A stretch of DNA of 62,094 bases, counting the filler, from Sphacelaria rigidula (Eukaryota): the NCBI GenBank assembly GCA_964200075.2. It is 5 parts of 5 records of this genome, joined end to end, with 100 filler letters (N's around TTAATTAATTAA, not from the genome) between each part and the next. Parts side by side here need not be neighbours in the genome. Positions count along the whole stretch, not along the records: positions 37,319 to 49,656 come from CAXNAA020003878.1; positions 49,757 to 62,094 come from CAXNAA020003879.1; 3 more parts are not named here. One strand, 5' to 3'. The position numbers and the translations under genes were made by a program. The notes under the pieces were generated by a model. That model worked only from the letters and a program-made list of their open reading frames with translations, was not told the origin of the DNA and made no database searches. Positions 38,756-52,700 of this stretch are shown piece after piece. How positions within the stretch are numbered: position 1 is the first letter of the stretch; every line of letters begins with the position of its first letter.

Positions 38756-39493
38756 GTGGAGGAGGCAAGTTTCTCCGAACCTCCAGTGTTCTCAATGGTG
38801 GCTTGGAGCGTACCATTACTCGCAAATCCAAACACCATGGAATGGCTGTGAGAAATGGTACCCCTCAAAAGTGTCTTCGCGGAGTACCATTTCCCACAAT
38901 TCCGAGCACCGTCAATTATTTCTCGTCCTCGTAAAATCTTCGTTCGTTCCCATTTCTCGAAATCCTCTGTTTGGTAATGAAGCCACGCACATGAAGTACG
39001 TTGATTGGTTGATTGACTATCACGCAATCACTGGTCCGCCATGGACTCAGCCGCAGTCATGAGTCAGACGTACGTGAGATAAAACACGAGGAAAACACTT
39101 TCTGAAAGAAACTCGAAAGGGGGAAATCATGAAGAACGAAGAGAGAATGAAGGAGAAAACACGGTGAATTTGGAGTGCAAAGATGAATCAAAAGGGAAAG
39201 GATGGCCAAAAAACGGAAATACAATACGCCAGGTTGTGAGATAGATCTTGTACGGATCCCGCTAGAAAACGGAAATGAAAACGAGATGCCGCCGGCGCCG
39301 GCCGCAGTGCTTTGTGTAACAAGCAAACCGTCCAAGAATACGACGAAATGAGACGGTTGAACTGGGCTGTGACCCGGCGAAGTGTGGCACCACATTTTTT
39401 GAGCAGGAACTTTCCACACGTCGGACGAGCACGAGTATGTCTCATGGCACTCGCGCCCGTTGGGCTGCTCGTCGGCCGCTTTTTGAGATCTTC

Positions 39494-39700
39494 GAGCACT
39501 CGAGTCACTGCTCGTTATGGAAAAAATAATAGGACAAATACTTGAGTCGTGGCTCGTTGTGCAAAACTTGACGGGGCGAGTACTCTCGTCTTGGCTCGTG
39601 GTGAACAATTTATTAGGGTGAGCACTCGAGTCATGCTCGTAGTGCTCGCAAAAATCATCAACGGGTGCACTCGTTTCGACGAGTAATGACTCGTCCGACT
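39494..39700. repeat. Degenerate ~42-bp minisatellite
   Basis: 4-5 units with the core gagcactcgagtc..gctcgt. Confidence 0.6.
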
Positions 39701-41477
39701 TGTAGAACTTTCACCCATGAGCTCTGCAGGAGAGAGACACAAAACACGTTGTACGGTATGAGGAGGAGAATAATGGAAGTAAGAGAAAAAACATCGCATC
39801 GCGACGTGTGCGACTGGGCCGCTGGACGGTGAGGGAGGGATGTATTTCCGCCGTTCCAAAGTCCCTCTGACACCCTTACAGTCGCTTGTCGTTCGTGGCA
39901 TGTAGTACTCAGGGTATAGAGTTGTATTTGGTGGTGCGTGGCCTTAGTGCGTCACCTTCTCGCTGCTGTTGTTGCCGCTGCTGCTGCGTAGCGCTGCTCA
40001 TGTCCAATACTAAAGCACAGCGCTGTTCAATGTCCTTCCTTTTCCCTGGTGTTCTTTTTTGGTTTGGGACATGTCGGGCGCAGCCCAAGAACATCTAGAT
40101 GTTTCACCGGCATGTGTCCGGTCACCATGGCACGATGAAGATCTATAGCTCACTCACAAGGCATCCACTTCAGCGCACCTGCTTGTCAAACTTCTTGCCC
40201 AATCTTGCCCTGTATGAAGTATGTACACACTTCGTAGAGGGTGACAGCCTCGACAGCGAGTGTGCGTTGAAACAAGAAGGCTGGTGCTACGGTTGAAAAA
40301 AAAAGTGATGGTATCCCCCCGTGCTGGAAGGAAACACGCTCGTTGGCGTTGGAAACATCAACAGCCAGGGAGCGGAACGGAAGAAGAAGAAAATATGATG
40401 CTAGTCATTTAAAATGGGAATATTGAAAAGCGAAAGCTCGAAGACATTGGGGCGGAAGTTTGCCGGCCTGAATGCCGACAGATGATGTTTTTCCAAGACA
40501 AGAAACTGTTTTGCGTCGTTGAATACGTCCAGACTTCTACTTACATGTTTCCAAAGACTAATGCCGAGATCGCCCCCCCCACAAGAAAGGCACCGGAGAC
40601 CGTCCGACAAACCGGCTGCGATCCCACTATTGGGCTCGTTTGCAGCAATTTCGCCAACATGATGGGCGTATGGCGGTCCGGAATCAGCTATAACGCCCAA
40701 ATGAGTCCCGTCGTGCAGCACGAAACCAGCTCTTACGGCATTTATGATCATCGCCGCTGTGCACTTTTTTGGCGGGTTTGGGGGTGGGTGGGGGACTATC
40801 TCGGCAGCAGTCCAAAGTCGTTTTTGTGCAAGTAATATCATCGAAAGCGTTGCTCAAAATTATGCTAGCATAATCGGTATAAGCCTAGATACGTTAAAAT
40901 GTGAAAAGCGCAGAAAATTCGATGTAAGGCGACGCGGTGCAGCAGTGCTGATAGTCATGATCCAATCCTCGATACTAGAAGGTCATGCAGGTACTTGCGG
41001 GGAAAGTGGGTCGTCACCTTGGAATCACATACTCGTCCCGAGGAAGGGCAGGGGTTGTAGGCATGACGAACAAGGCGAAATGCGCGTTGAATTTCGCTTC
41101 TGCTGGACCGACTTTACGGACGAATTTTGAGAGCATGAGCGGATCGTAAATGACGAATTTCATCGCTGGCGATTATGTCACCAATGACTGAGCGACCGAA
41201 TGGCGTTCCTCGCGACGGGTATTGCACGATGTTTTATCACAAGCCGTCGTCATGTACGTCGGGGCAGTCGCTCACTGGCGGGAGTAAAAGCACACCGCAT
41301 CCGAATGGCTATACGCAGTACTCCGGTAGAGTGGTCCGAACTTCCTCCGTACCGAATGCACATGTGTTCGCGTTGTTCACGCGTCCAACTGCCATTTCTG
41401 GTAGTTGCAGGGTGTCATGCACCCCCGGTGCCTTCCCCGCCCCTCCCTCCCCACGGTCCAATCTACTGCCTATACAG

Positions 41478-44242
41478 GCGTCACACTCCACAGCTTACCT
41501 TGAGGACGAGCGGCCCCCGCCTGAGTCCTCTGAAAGGGGGTCATCTCCGCCGCCGTCTCGGTCATCCGCAGGCGGGCGGAGGTGCGGTAACGCGGATGGG
41601 GGCAGAAGGCGGGGCCAGCCGCCACCCTCTTCGACCGGTAGCAATGGTAGCACAGTCACACAATCACATGATGGAGGGGGAAATGATGGAGGGTGCCAGT
41701 GTAGTGAAAAAGCTAAGCGGAGAAATGATGATGTGTTGAGTCATCGATCGGAGGCGGGTGGCAACAACACCGACGGAGCGGGAGGCGGTGGCGGCGGTGG
41801 GAACACCGAGTCCCGCAACATCAACCACAATGATAATAATAGTTACATCTGCTGCTGTGACAGTAGCTCCGCTGCCGGCAGCGGGGACGGAAGTAGGACG
41901 CATGTCCGACGAAACAGCGAAGGCAGCAACGGCACGTCGCACCACCTCAACCACCGAAAGCGCGGCTCTCGGGCACAAAGCGGCGGCATCCACTACACCG
42001 GTCGGTCGAAAAACCGAGAAAAGGCAGGCAGCGGCGGGGGGCTCGGGCGCGCAACGGCGGCAACGGCGGCGGCGTCAGCAGCTAATGTCAGCGGCGGCGC
42101 GTCGGCAACGACGGATGCAACGAAACGCGGCGGTACTGGAGAGGTGCCCGAGAAGGTGGTGGAGGTGGGCGCTACGATAGATTCGATCCTAATGGTCAGG
42201 CGCATGTGCCATCTGCCGGGCGTGGTGCTGCGGTCGGGGCTGGTATACCAGAGGGTGACAGCGTTGGCGCTGCAGCGTGAGTAACGTGGTGTCCGTGGGG
42301 TCGAAAGGCCCAGTGACCGGGGGAGGGCGGGGGGGGGGAATTGTGTCGTATCTCATGTGTTGAGTGGTGTGTGTTCGTTTGGAAGAGGTATTTTTTGGCG
42401 GTGATGGGCCTGAAGTGGTGATGAGGTGACGTTTGGGTGTTTCATTTCGCCGCCTGGATGTCGACGGAGTACCAGAGGTTGGGCGGCATGTAGTTCGGCC
42501 GTTCGTTGTTTTCGTTCAAGTCTCCACATGTAAATATTTCGCACGTCCCTGTCCTGCATTCATTTGCTGTATTTTCTTTCATTTCCCGAAAACAGGGCAA
42601 CGACACAACTGCTATGTGAGAGAACCTGTGTGTACAATTTCCGTTGTATCCACCTTCTTTTTTCCTCCAAACATTTTCTTTTTTGTAGGTCAAGGTCTCG
42701 TGGATGCTGACATCCCAGCGACCGTGGGGAGGCTGGCGGGAACACTGAGGAGAGTAGATTTAAGCGGCAATAAGTTGACAAAGGTACCGCCGGGACTGCT
42801 CCAGCTCGGCGAAGTTCTCGAGGAATTGAACCTCGGGAACAACCAGATAGCGGAGCTGCCCGCGCAGGTGATGGGTCCGTCTGGCATGTTAAATTAGTTG
42901 CACATGTTGAGTCCAGTACCCTCTCTGAAGGCTGGCACCCTACAGCAAATGCCATACATGCACTACTTCGGGACTTGCTCAGTTGCAACAGCCCAGAAAT
43001 GCCTTGTTTGCTTGTGAATGATACCACGCGGAATATCACCCCCCGGGAGAAGCACAATGGCTACATGGCAAGGACAACGCGAAACCAGGGTGGCTCCTCC
43101 CCGATTACCGCGTTCCATTGATGGCTTCCCGCAAAACAGATCTCCAACCTGGCAGGGCTGCTGTCGCTCAACATGGCCGGAAACAGACTGTCGGTGCTCC
43201 CCCCCGAGATCGGGCTGCTGTCGGCCTTGAAACGGCTGGGACTTAAGGGGAACGCTCTCGTGCGACTGCCGGGGTCGCTGGGGGACCTGTCGCAGCTTTC
43301 CGAGCTTTACCTTACGAGGAATAACCTGGAAGAGTTGCCTGATGAGGTAAGACGAAGGGTCTTGAGTGATGCAAGGTTGAGGGGGGGAAGAGAAGGCAGG
43401 TGGATTGATATCTTCGCAGAGACGAGTATAGTGGAGACACTCGGCCTTTTGACCGCCAGGGTGGGTCATGTGGTTGGTTGGTACCATTTCCCCGTGATCG
43501 CTTTCCAGAAAACATATGACCTCACCCTGGCGATCAAAGGATCAAGTTTCGGATATGTTTTTGCGCAGCACTTGCGGTACAGTTTTCCCGGACATGGCTC
43601 AAGGTTCGAATTCTTGTGTGACACGAGCACAGCAACAGTAAGATATACTCCGAGCGGGAGGGCGGGGGGATGGGACAAATTGCCTCGCCAGGAGATATGA
43701 AGAATGCACATGAATGTGAAAACTAGAGAATAGTGTATCGTTCTGCAATTTGCTTTAAAACGTGTTCTAGAATGGTTTATGCTGCTGTTGTGTTGCCATT
43801 ACTCGCAGAGACGCGTTTTGACCGCTGTGTGTGATGCTTCCCGGAATGCGTCATGTGTCCGCCACGGAATTGAGCTTTGCAGCGACGGCACGAGATATAT
43901 GGTTTATCTGTGCGTAGCGCCAAAAATTTGATATTACAAAGTTTGATCGGTCGTACGTGAAGGTTTAAAAACGGGAGGGACGCGAGGTAAATCAGCACGC
44001 CAATAGCCATCTAGAGCTATGTGTTGGTGGGTTCCGGAGCTCATTTGTAGCGCATCATGTTGCGGCATTTGATTCCGCGCATTGTTGTCGTTGTTGTCGT
44101 TGTTGTCGGGCGAACACCCCATCAGCGCGATTTTTGTTTATTTTTGAAAACTTTTTGGTGTGGAGTTTAGAGGTGGGTTTGTACCTGACTGTTCCCTACG
44201 TGTTGCACAAATATCCTCAACAGGCTCCCGTTCGAGTGTCAT

Positions 44243-44277
<35 letters not shown>

Positions 44278-47200
44278 CACACCCTGGACAAAATATTACA
44301 TTGACGAAAAGTGTACTGCGCACAGTATCGACTATCGCGTCTATTGCAACAGACAGTAGATCCCATACTGCACGCGGTAGAGTTTTTGACAAAGTTATTC
44401 ATCGTCCAGGGTGTCTTGTTGATGCTGTTGTTGTGCTACTGCTCCGCAAGCTGCGGAATCGGAGTATAGTACTCCATAGCACTCAACATCATCCTTGCTC
44501 GTTGTTGCGTACCCTTTTCAGATCGTCAAGCTGCGCAAGCTGCGCAAGCTGCAGCTTTCCTTCAACAAGCTCCGTTCCTTACCCTCCGGCATGGAAGCGA
44601 TGGACAGGCTGGAACTCTGCAGGTCAGAGCTACACCGTGTCCTGTGGTGAAAATTCATTTCACAACGATGGTGTTGGCCGTTTTGTCAGGATGGACATAT
44701 TTCGCGTGATGTTTCAATTCTTATTCGAGAAGATCATTGCTGAAGCTGTGGCTACATTTACTGTGTTCAAGTCCGATGCCAGCTGGGAGATGGATGTCAC
44801 TCACTACCCCCCCGGCCTTCCACCCCATTCACCGCTCTACTAGAGACATGGTTTTTCATAATCTCGAAGGTGTGAAATCGCGGCTACAAGGGAGCAAAGC
44901 ACATTAAAAATATGTCCTTATTTCAACTGCAAAGCATGGATAGGCAACAACCACAAATTCACCGTCCCCATTTTCCTTGTGTCCTGCTGTATGGACCACG
45001 GCGAATGCAACACGTATGAAGATTGGCAATGAACCCCGAGCTTGTCCATGTACCAGAGGGGCTGGCATATGCGGAGCGCCTGTCGTGGATTTCTCTCGCC
45101 GGATCTGCCTGGTGTGCTCGTGCCACGGCCAAGCGTCGCAGGTAAAGAATGAGTAGTTTTAGGGATTCACGGTAACCTCTTGAACGCATAGCTGTGGAGG
45201 GAGAGAAAGTGCCGAGGCAATTTTTTTCTCATGTGAGGCATGCACATCCCGCACATTTCCTATTGTAGTAAACTCGATATCCGTAACTGCACGGGGTACA
45301 CTCTTTGACAATATAAGCTACTGTCATTGTCCAGAATGTGAAGCATGACGCTGTATGTGCAATCCGTCTAAGCGCGTTGACTTCCGTGTGGTGGTAGCTT
45401 TTGTCAACACTGTGATACTGAACGACATGGATGAGATGGAGCACCTTTTGGCTCTGAGGGCGCTATCCGGTGTAAGATGCGATAGTCGAACCGGGAAATC
45501 GCGACCGTAGTGCAGCAGCCCGTACAGCACGTGTGCGTGTTTCATATATGTATTAGTTTGTGCGTCTGTGCCTTGCTCCCGTAATTAATTTATGATCACC
45601 AATTTAAATTATATTTTCCCGCACATTTTACACCCGGCTTTTGCTTCATTTCTCTTTCAGGAGCTTAGTCCCCGAGATCGCGCGCGATGAGGTACAGCTG
45701 CTGGAAAAATTGGGAAGCGGTGCTTCGGGGGATGTTTTTGCAGCCATTTACCAGGGACGCGACGTAGCCGTCAAGGTGAGAATTCGGCAAGTCCGCTACG
45801 TTAGATCGTGAGCCCTTGAGTCATTCTGTCAAACGCGGCCTAAATGTCCCCCTGCGAAGTATTGCCGTCATTTGCGTCCATGATTTTCTCGGCAATCGGG
45901 ATTCCCTTCCCTGCACGGGGGAAGCAGAAGATCGTGGGCCCTGTGTGGCCCTGTGTGGCGCGTGTGACAGCTGGTACGGCGCGGGCTGTACGTTGGTTCT
46001 CGTGTAAACGTTTGAGGGAAACGTGGTTCGAAAGGGAGGAGTTGTGCGGCTGTTATGGGCTGCACTTCCTTGACTTCGGAGAAGGTCGATACTCCGGTGA
46101 CGGGATGGATGATGGCTCGACGTGATGGAACACTTTGTTCCATGAAAAGCGCTCTTAGAGTTATGTGGAGCGGGTTAGTTACTGAAATTTGTGTGTACGG
46201 CGTGTTCAGGACAGGGATTCACAGAGGAGATCGTGTTGTCTTAACCCCAGTGAAGGTAGAAGGAAGACTGCAACCGAACTAAACACTTGCTTGATCGAGG
46301 ATACGTCAGTGATGGAAGGGATTGGGTGATGACAACAAGCGATGAGTTGTTGTAGTTACGCTATAACGCAAACGATTGTGACTTGATTCTTGAAGGCAGG
46401 GGAATGCTGCTGCACTTCGGATAAAAGAAGAAAAAAATCGGCAGTTTTGAAGGAGAAAAATCGCCAGACCGTGCCACCAAAAAAGCAGTGACGATCGGTT
46501 GTACGTCGGCATCCTCGCCACAGTCTCTTCTCCGGTTGCTCACACTCAACAGCCCATCAATGTATTCGACGTGGAGAAAAACCTGTTTCAACTACACGGA
46601 ATACTCTCATTGTTTCGCGTCGTGTACACCTCGAATTAGACCCCCCTTGCAAGCACCGGATATGGATCGTAGTCGCAGGTCGCCCAGTGGTATGCGTACA
46701 TGCACTGGCAAGGCTCGACAAATAACCAGCGATATCCCTCCAATGTGAATGGTGGACTCATGGGATAAATGCGCACAACTTTGCTTTTCACTCACAACTT
46801 CATACGAGCGAGGCGTCACCTCCGTGTGATTCATGTTTCTATTTTCTACAGTATCAGCGCATGTTTAATGTTTCCATCAGCCAGTTATAGCTGAGATGTA
46901 ACGATGTCTTCTACATTATCCTCTCTTTTTTTGTTGTCAACAGGTCTTCAAGGCAGAGGTCGGCCCGGACGGAAGCTCTCACGACGAGCTGGATGTGTCT
47001 TGCGTGCTGGACCACCCCAATCTCACCAAGGCGCTCGGGATGGTGCACGAACCTGGCGGCAGAAAGTGGCAGGTGCTGGAGAGGGTTCCCGGGAAGCCAT
47101 TGGCCGAGAAGCCCGACTTCACGAGCGTGTTGAGATGCCGCTGGGGGCAGGGGAGGAGGTTCGAGCCGGTGCTTGTTCTAGCTGTGCTTCTTCAGGTGCG

Positions 47201-49170
47201 AATATGCTCTCCTTTCTTGTCTCGATCAATCGGTGATGGAAGCAGACTGGCAACCAGTCCCATGAGAAATGTATCTGGTGTCGGCTATTGAACAGTTTCG
47301 GCAACCCAGTTTTCCCCCTGTGGGTGTAACTTTCAGGATTGTAAATATCTAACCAGTTGGACAGTCTCGGGTATCAGTTTCGTTATTCACTCAGCACCAG
47401 GGAAAGTCATCATGCTGAGCAAACGAGAACAAATTTCCGAGACGGTCTAGCCGCCTAGATATTTACTCTTCCAAAAGTTACACTGATGAAGAAAACGGGT
47501 TACTCAAAACTATGGATTATTTACAAAGTTGTCTGGGATTGTTGGACACCTGAGCACGCCGCAATGAAATATCTAGTACCTCACCTTGAACTGGTTTCGC
47601 TTTTGATGGGTCGAGCGCATGTCTACTTTAATTTTCTTTCGTGTTTCACATTACCGTACTGAGCGTATCGAAAGTTTATCTTATCCCGGTACTGGGTATT
47701 CTTATTTCCTAGAGTACTACTTGTTCCATATGGTGATGTCCCGCAGCGTGGGGCTTCAGATGTTTATCTTTTACATCAACCAGTATTATCGTCATGGAAG
47801 GTACTGCCGGGTTACTCGCCATGGACGCGCCACAGCAACACGCGTCTTTCCTAGGATGTCGGCAGACTGCAGCGAACAATGGGGTCAACCCAATGAGCGA
47901 GGATTGATACACCTTCGCTTCAACAGCGCAGTCAGATTACGCAGCAGTCCAACCTGTCACGATGACAATAATTTCACCCCACCAAACTGACTGCACCGTT
48001 TTGATATTATGAGGTCGAACAATTCACCATCATGTCGGCTATTATTCGTACGAGTGTCATCCTGTTATGATTTTCCCTTTACCGCTCCACCCCTTCCCTC
48101 CCTGTCTGCTTTCTCTCCCCGCTCGCGTGCTAAACTTACCGACTGGACAGGTGGCGAGGGCAATGGCGTACTTACACGAGAAGGGAATATGCCACGGAGA
48201 CCTCTATGCGCACAATGTGTTGGTGGACGGAGGGACCGGCGCTGCCGTGCTGTGCGACTTCGGTGCCAGTTTCTTCTATCCGTCGGAGAGACATAAGCAG
48301 CAGAGCTTCGCGCTAGAGGGTCTAGAGGTCAGGGCGTTCGGACTGATGGCGAGGGATATGGCTCGCCGTAGTTCGCGCTGCCAGTGGATACTTCAGGTGT
48401 GTGTTCGGTGTGCGTGTGTGCTTTCAAGGCTTTTCACGTAAACGGACAGCTCGCATACATGGCCCAGTGTATCTCTGAACCAGGAGGAGAAAGTGGATGT
48501 ACATCTATCTCACATGGCCGTCCTTGACCCGCTCGGTCGAGCAACATACGACACGCCGAAAGGGATATGTCAGGTGTGTTGTGACGGCGGTCATCTGAAG
48601 ATGTAGCCTACTTTTTCTTCACGTTTGGTTGCGGAAAGGGCGAGGAGGACTTGCTGCTTGTCGGTGGTGAGGTTGCCTTCGGGTCGAATCGAAGAGCCGA
48701 GGAATGTTGATGAGTGACGAAGCGTTCGCTGTGTTGGCTTTTGTTGGCTTTTGTTCGCCTTCGACTCTTTCGGCTGCCAAGAGGCAATTTTTATCCACAT
48801 GTATCGTGAAAGCGATTGCTCCTTCATGGTGGCGGTATGCGGCTGCGTCCGCGAAAAATTTCCGAAATCCTGGCAGTCCAAGTGATGAAAGATGAGGCGA
48901 TGAGATGGCGATTTCAGCAAGCGTGCCACACGCACATGCCGTTGAGCGTTGAACGTTGGGTTGATTCGTATGTGAGCTGTACCCATCTGCTCGCGGCACA
49001 TCAGCTCAGATCTTCGTTCTTCTTGAGCAGTAACTGAGTAGTTGTTGTCCTCGATCGCGTCGTGATGTCTCTCTCTCTTTCCTTGCCTCTCGCTGTTTTT
49101 TGTTGTTGTTCAGGACTTAGTTCCTACGTGTCTACAGCAGGATGCTGGCTGCCGCCCCTCTTTCCACGAG
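41478..49170 (+). CDS. Soluble leucine-rich-repeat protein kinase, both ends incomplete. Exons 41478-42276, 42689-42867, 43140-43346, 44522-44622, 45022-45141, 45661-45775, 46944-47195, 48151-48396, 49114-49170
   Basis: Phase-consistent GT-AG exons. LRRs: LRRVDLSGNKLTKVP, LEELNLGNNQIAELP, LSELYLTRNNLEELP. Kinase motifs: LGSGASGDVF, VAVKVF, HPNL, HGDLYAHNVL, DFGASFFY, LEVRAFG, RPSF. The 5' boundary of the first listed exon is tentative. Confidence 0.9.
44243..44277. repeat. (TTG)n microsatellite
   Basis: About 11 ttg units in a kinase intron. Confidence 0.95.
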
Positions 49171-49515
49171 GTGAGGGTTGAAAGCACAGCTTGCTGTCAA
49201 ATCGGTTGTTCATACTACGACCCTCGAGCTTTGTTGTGCTGGCGTGGTATCTTTCTCCTTCCAAGATTCGTTTCTGAAGGTCTGATTATCCTGGGCCTAC
49301 AGTATTGGGGATGCGTTCCCTTGCAAAGGTAGGGCTTGGGTCCGGAGAAGGTCTACCGTCGGTTTTTTTTTGTGTTACGAAATATCACCTATAAAAGTGC
49401 TGCTGTTCGTTGTACATCCGGCGGGTCGACTCACGCTTAACATTGAAGAATTCAATAGACGTTGTCTTGCTCTCGAGCTAGTTTCTGGGAGAAGGGCGGG
49501 GGGGGGAGGGGGGGG

Positions 49516-49656
49516 GTACTCATGATCATGTGTGCCATGATGATGAGACCATTGACCTCGCATCCCTACAAGACCGGGACGGAGCACGCCGGGTTTTCGC
49601 CGGACCAGGCTCGAAATCAATCACCAAGCGCGAAGCGCCGGGGTGGGTTCGGCGAG
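49516..49656 (-). mobile_element. 3' part of the C-tract-ended SINE-like element, cut by the contig end
   Basis: A G-tract is followed by gtactcatgatcatg...cattgacctcgcatcccta...cggagcacgccggg...cggaccaggctcg. Confidence 0.8.
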
Positions 49657-49756
49657 NNNNNNNNNNNNNNNNNNNNNNNNNNNNNNNNNNNNNNNNNNNN
49701 TTAATTAATTAANNNNNNNNNNNNNNNNNNNNNNNNNNNNNNNNNNNNNNNNNNNN
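49657..49756. other. Artificial contig spacer
   Basis: N44-TTAATTAATTAA-N44. Confidence 0.98.
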
Positions 49757-52700
49757 CGCATGCGCGATTATCGTCCACCAACTCGAAATTACCGCAGCAA
49801 TTCGAACCAACGTGGCAACAAAAGCTCTAATCGCGGTCGCCGACACAACAACAATCACGGAAACCCTCGCCAGAACGATCAAACTTTTCGCGACAACAAA
49901 CGTTCCGCTCATAGACACCAGCGGACGGGGCCGACACAAACTTCCAATCCCAACGCCAGAAACCCTGGTACCTTCACTTCGGATCGCTTAGATCCATGAC
50001 GTGCCGACGCCGGCGTTCTTCGGTCTTCCACGCCGTCCACAGCACGAGCGAAGACTTTTTCAACACCGCCCGCGGAGTCCGTGTAAAAAAATGCTGACTC
50101 GACTGCCCCGGCACTATCCAGGAGCGTAACTGACGGCCGTTCATATCGACCCTCGTCCCAAACCTCCACACAATTTTCAACACAGCCCACAGAGCCCGCG
50201 ACCAAGATTGTCCGCCCGGCTCTCCCGGCACTATGCAGGGGTGCATCTGACAGCCGTTCAAACCGACCCCCGTCTTCATCCCTCCACACACCGCGTAACA
50301 GTTGTGTCACCCCGCGACTCAGATCTACACCGGGCACTGAACTTGGTCCTTCAGTACCGAGTATACGTCTGAGGTGTTGGAAGACCAACCGCCAGTCCCT
50401 GAGGCAAAGGCTTCCCTCCGCGACCGCACGCACAGGTAGCAGCAAGCCTTTTACAGCTGACCCGAGTGTTGCTCATTTGAACCTGACCACATCGGATCAT
50501 GTAATTCCCAATCGGTTCGATCGGGCTCCTTCCCCGCGCTTTTTAAGACGCACGGACCTACCTTCGACCGGTTTTATTAACAACCGCCCCAACATATCTT
50601 CGGCTATGCCCCAACAGCCAAATTTGCCTACGGAAAGCAGCCCACAAGTTTCGCTCCGTCATGCCCCGATGCTGACCCCATCCACGCGACTGGACGCAGT
50701 TGTGGTATCATCCCCAAATGTTTTGGAAGTTCCCCGACCTCTGTCACGGCGGAAGAGAAAGCCCCGTAAGCATGCCCCCAAGGACGCGCGCGCATCATTA
50801 CGTACATCTCTTTCGAGCGGAAATCCTCGACCTCAATCTCTCCAAAATGCGACGACTTTGAGCTCGACGGCTCTATCAAGTATCCCGGAAGAAACAAAAT
50901 CACATGATTCTGACGGCACTACTTCTTCAATCGACGACTCCAGCCCCGCACATCCTGGATCCCCCTTTGACGGTGATCCCTGTCAACCAAAGACGATAAT
51001 TTACGAAATCGCCCATGACCGTGCCACACCTGGAAATAATATACCGTCCACCCCCTTCTCTGGTGAGACACCTGACCCACCGGCGGATCATCCGCCGTGC
51101 GTTTTTGCTGTCAGCCCCGCTGATCCTGACCAGTTTACCTTGCCGGAACACGGTCCGGATCTTGTCGGCGGCAAAGTGTCTGTCAATCCGGCCACATTTA
51201 CTACTCACTTTGCGATCCATGCCGGTCCAAACGCTATCACGCCTACGGAATACGTATCCTTGTTGGACAGCGGCAGCCCGCAAACGTTTATTCGAGAATC
51301 AACATGGAAACACATGAAACAGACCGGCGCTGCTACTGCAGCTTGCGAAACCACCACCAAACCTCGCGTGTGGGGCGGCTTCGGTGATTCTGCCGCGCCA
51401 CTGACGACCCGTAAATCCGTACATCTCAGTGTGCAATTATTTCACAACAACACTCGATCTGCCAGCCTGGCAGTCTGGGCATACGTTGTCCCCGACAACA
51501 CCATGCATCACGCCATATTATTGGGCAGAGATAGCTATATGCGGTTTAACAAACGAACCTACCGCACGCTTCCACCATTAACGCCACATTCCCCGCCGCG
51601 TGGAGAATTCAACCTCGAACACTTCGGTACTCTCCACAGCGCCCTGGCTTATCAGAAGAATCCTCAAGCAACCGGAGCTGCTCACCACCTACGATATAAC
51701 GGTAGTGCGGGTATAACACTCTCCGATGACCCACTTCTTGAAGTTACTCTAGTTCCCCGAAATGGCATGCCAGCACTTACGGGCCATTATCTTGCCGAAA
51801 TGTTACCCCGTATTGGCGCACCAGCCGACACAGAACATTTTGTGTCGGTGGGACAACAACTCCTCCCTCTCACCGGACATGCTAACTTGGAACCCGGCGA
51901 TGTTTTAGGAATCGCCGCTGCTCCCCTGATGCACATCACCCTCGAGACGTGCATCACAGAGCCTGCCGCGCCAAACACCTCATCTTCAGCGGAGTCAGTC
52001 CATTGTGTCGATGAACCCTATTTCGATCTCGCCTCTGCGACTCCACCCCAGGTCCACACCGTGGATCCTGCCCAGTCAAATTCCGATCCTCCTCCTGAAA
52101 TGCTTCAACGCTCATCACCAGATTCTCGGAATAGTTTCTTGCACATGTGGAACCAACTGCCGTCACACATGCGCGACATCCATTTTGACCTTCATGGGCC
52201 CGGCTGGGAACCGTCAGTCATCCAAGAACTCAGTGATGTCCTGCTACAGTACAAATATCGATTTTTCCGATCCAAGACGGATCTTGGGCATTGCAAAACA
52301 GTGCCCTTCGAGGTTACCCTCCAACCCGGTGTCTCGCCGATTTCTTCTCGGCCATACCGTACCAACCCAATCCTTACCGAGAAAGTTAACGCCATCTTGG
52401 ATGCGTATTTGGGAGCGGGACTAATATAACATTCCTGCTCTCCTTGGGCCTCGCCACTTGTGGTCGTTACCAAAAAAGAAGGAAGCGTACGCATCACCGT
52501 GAATTATCAACGGTTGAACCGCGTCACTGTCGTCGGTAAACTTCCGATTCCCCGCATTGATGAAGTCTTCGACTCCTTAGGCGAAGGGAAAATATTCAGC
52601 ACCTTCGACCTCGCTTCTGGACTTTTTCAGTATGCTATACACCCTGACACAGTCCCACTGACGGCTTTTTGCACCTCGTCCTGACTCTATGAGTGGCTTC

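Noticed and set aside
40482-41477. Upstream ORFs as the start of the LRR kinase
   Set aside because: No recognisable motif, and no confidently phase-matched donor could be assigned.
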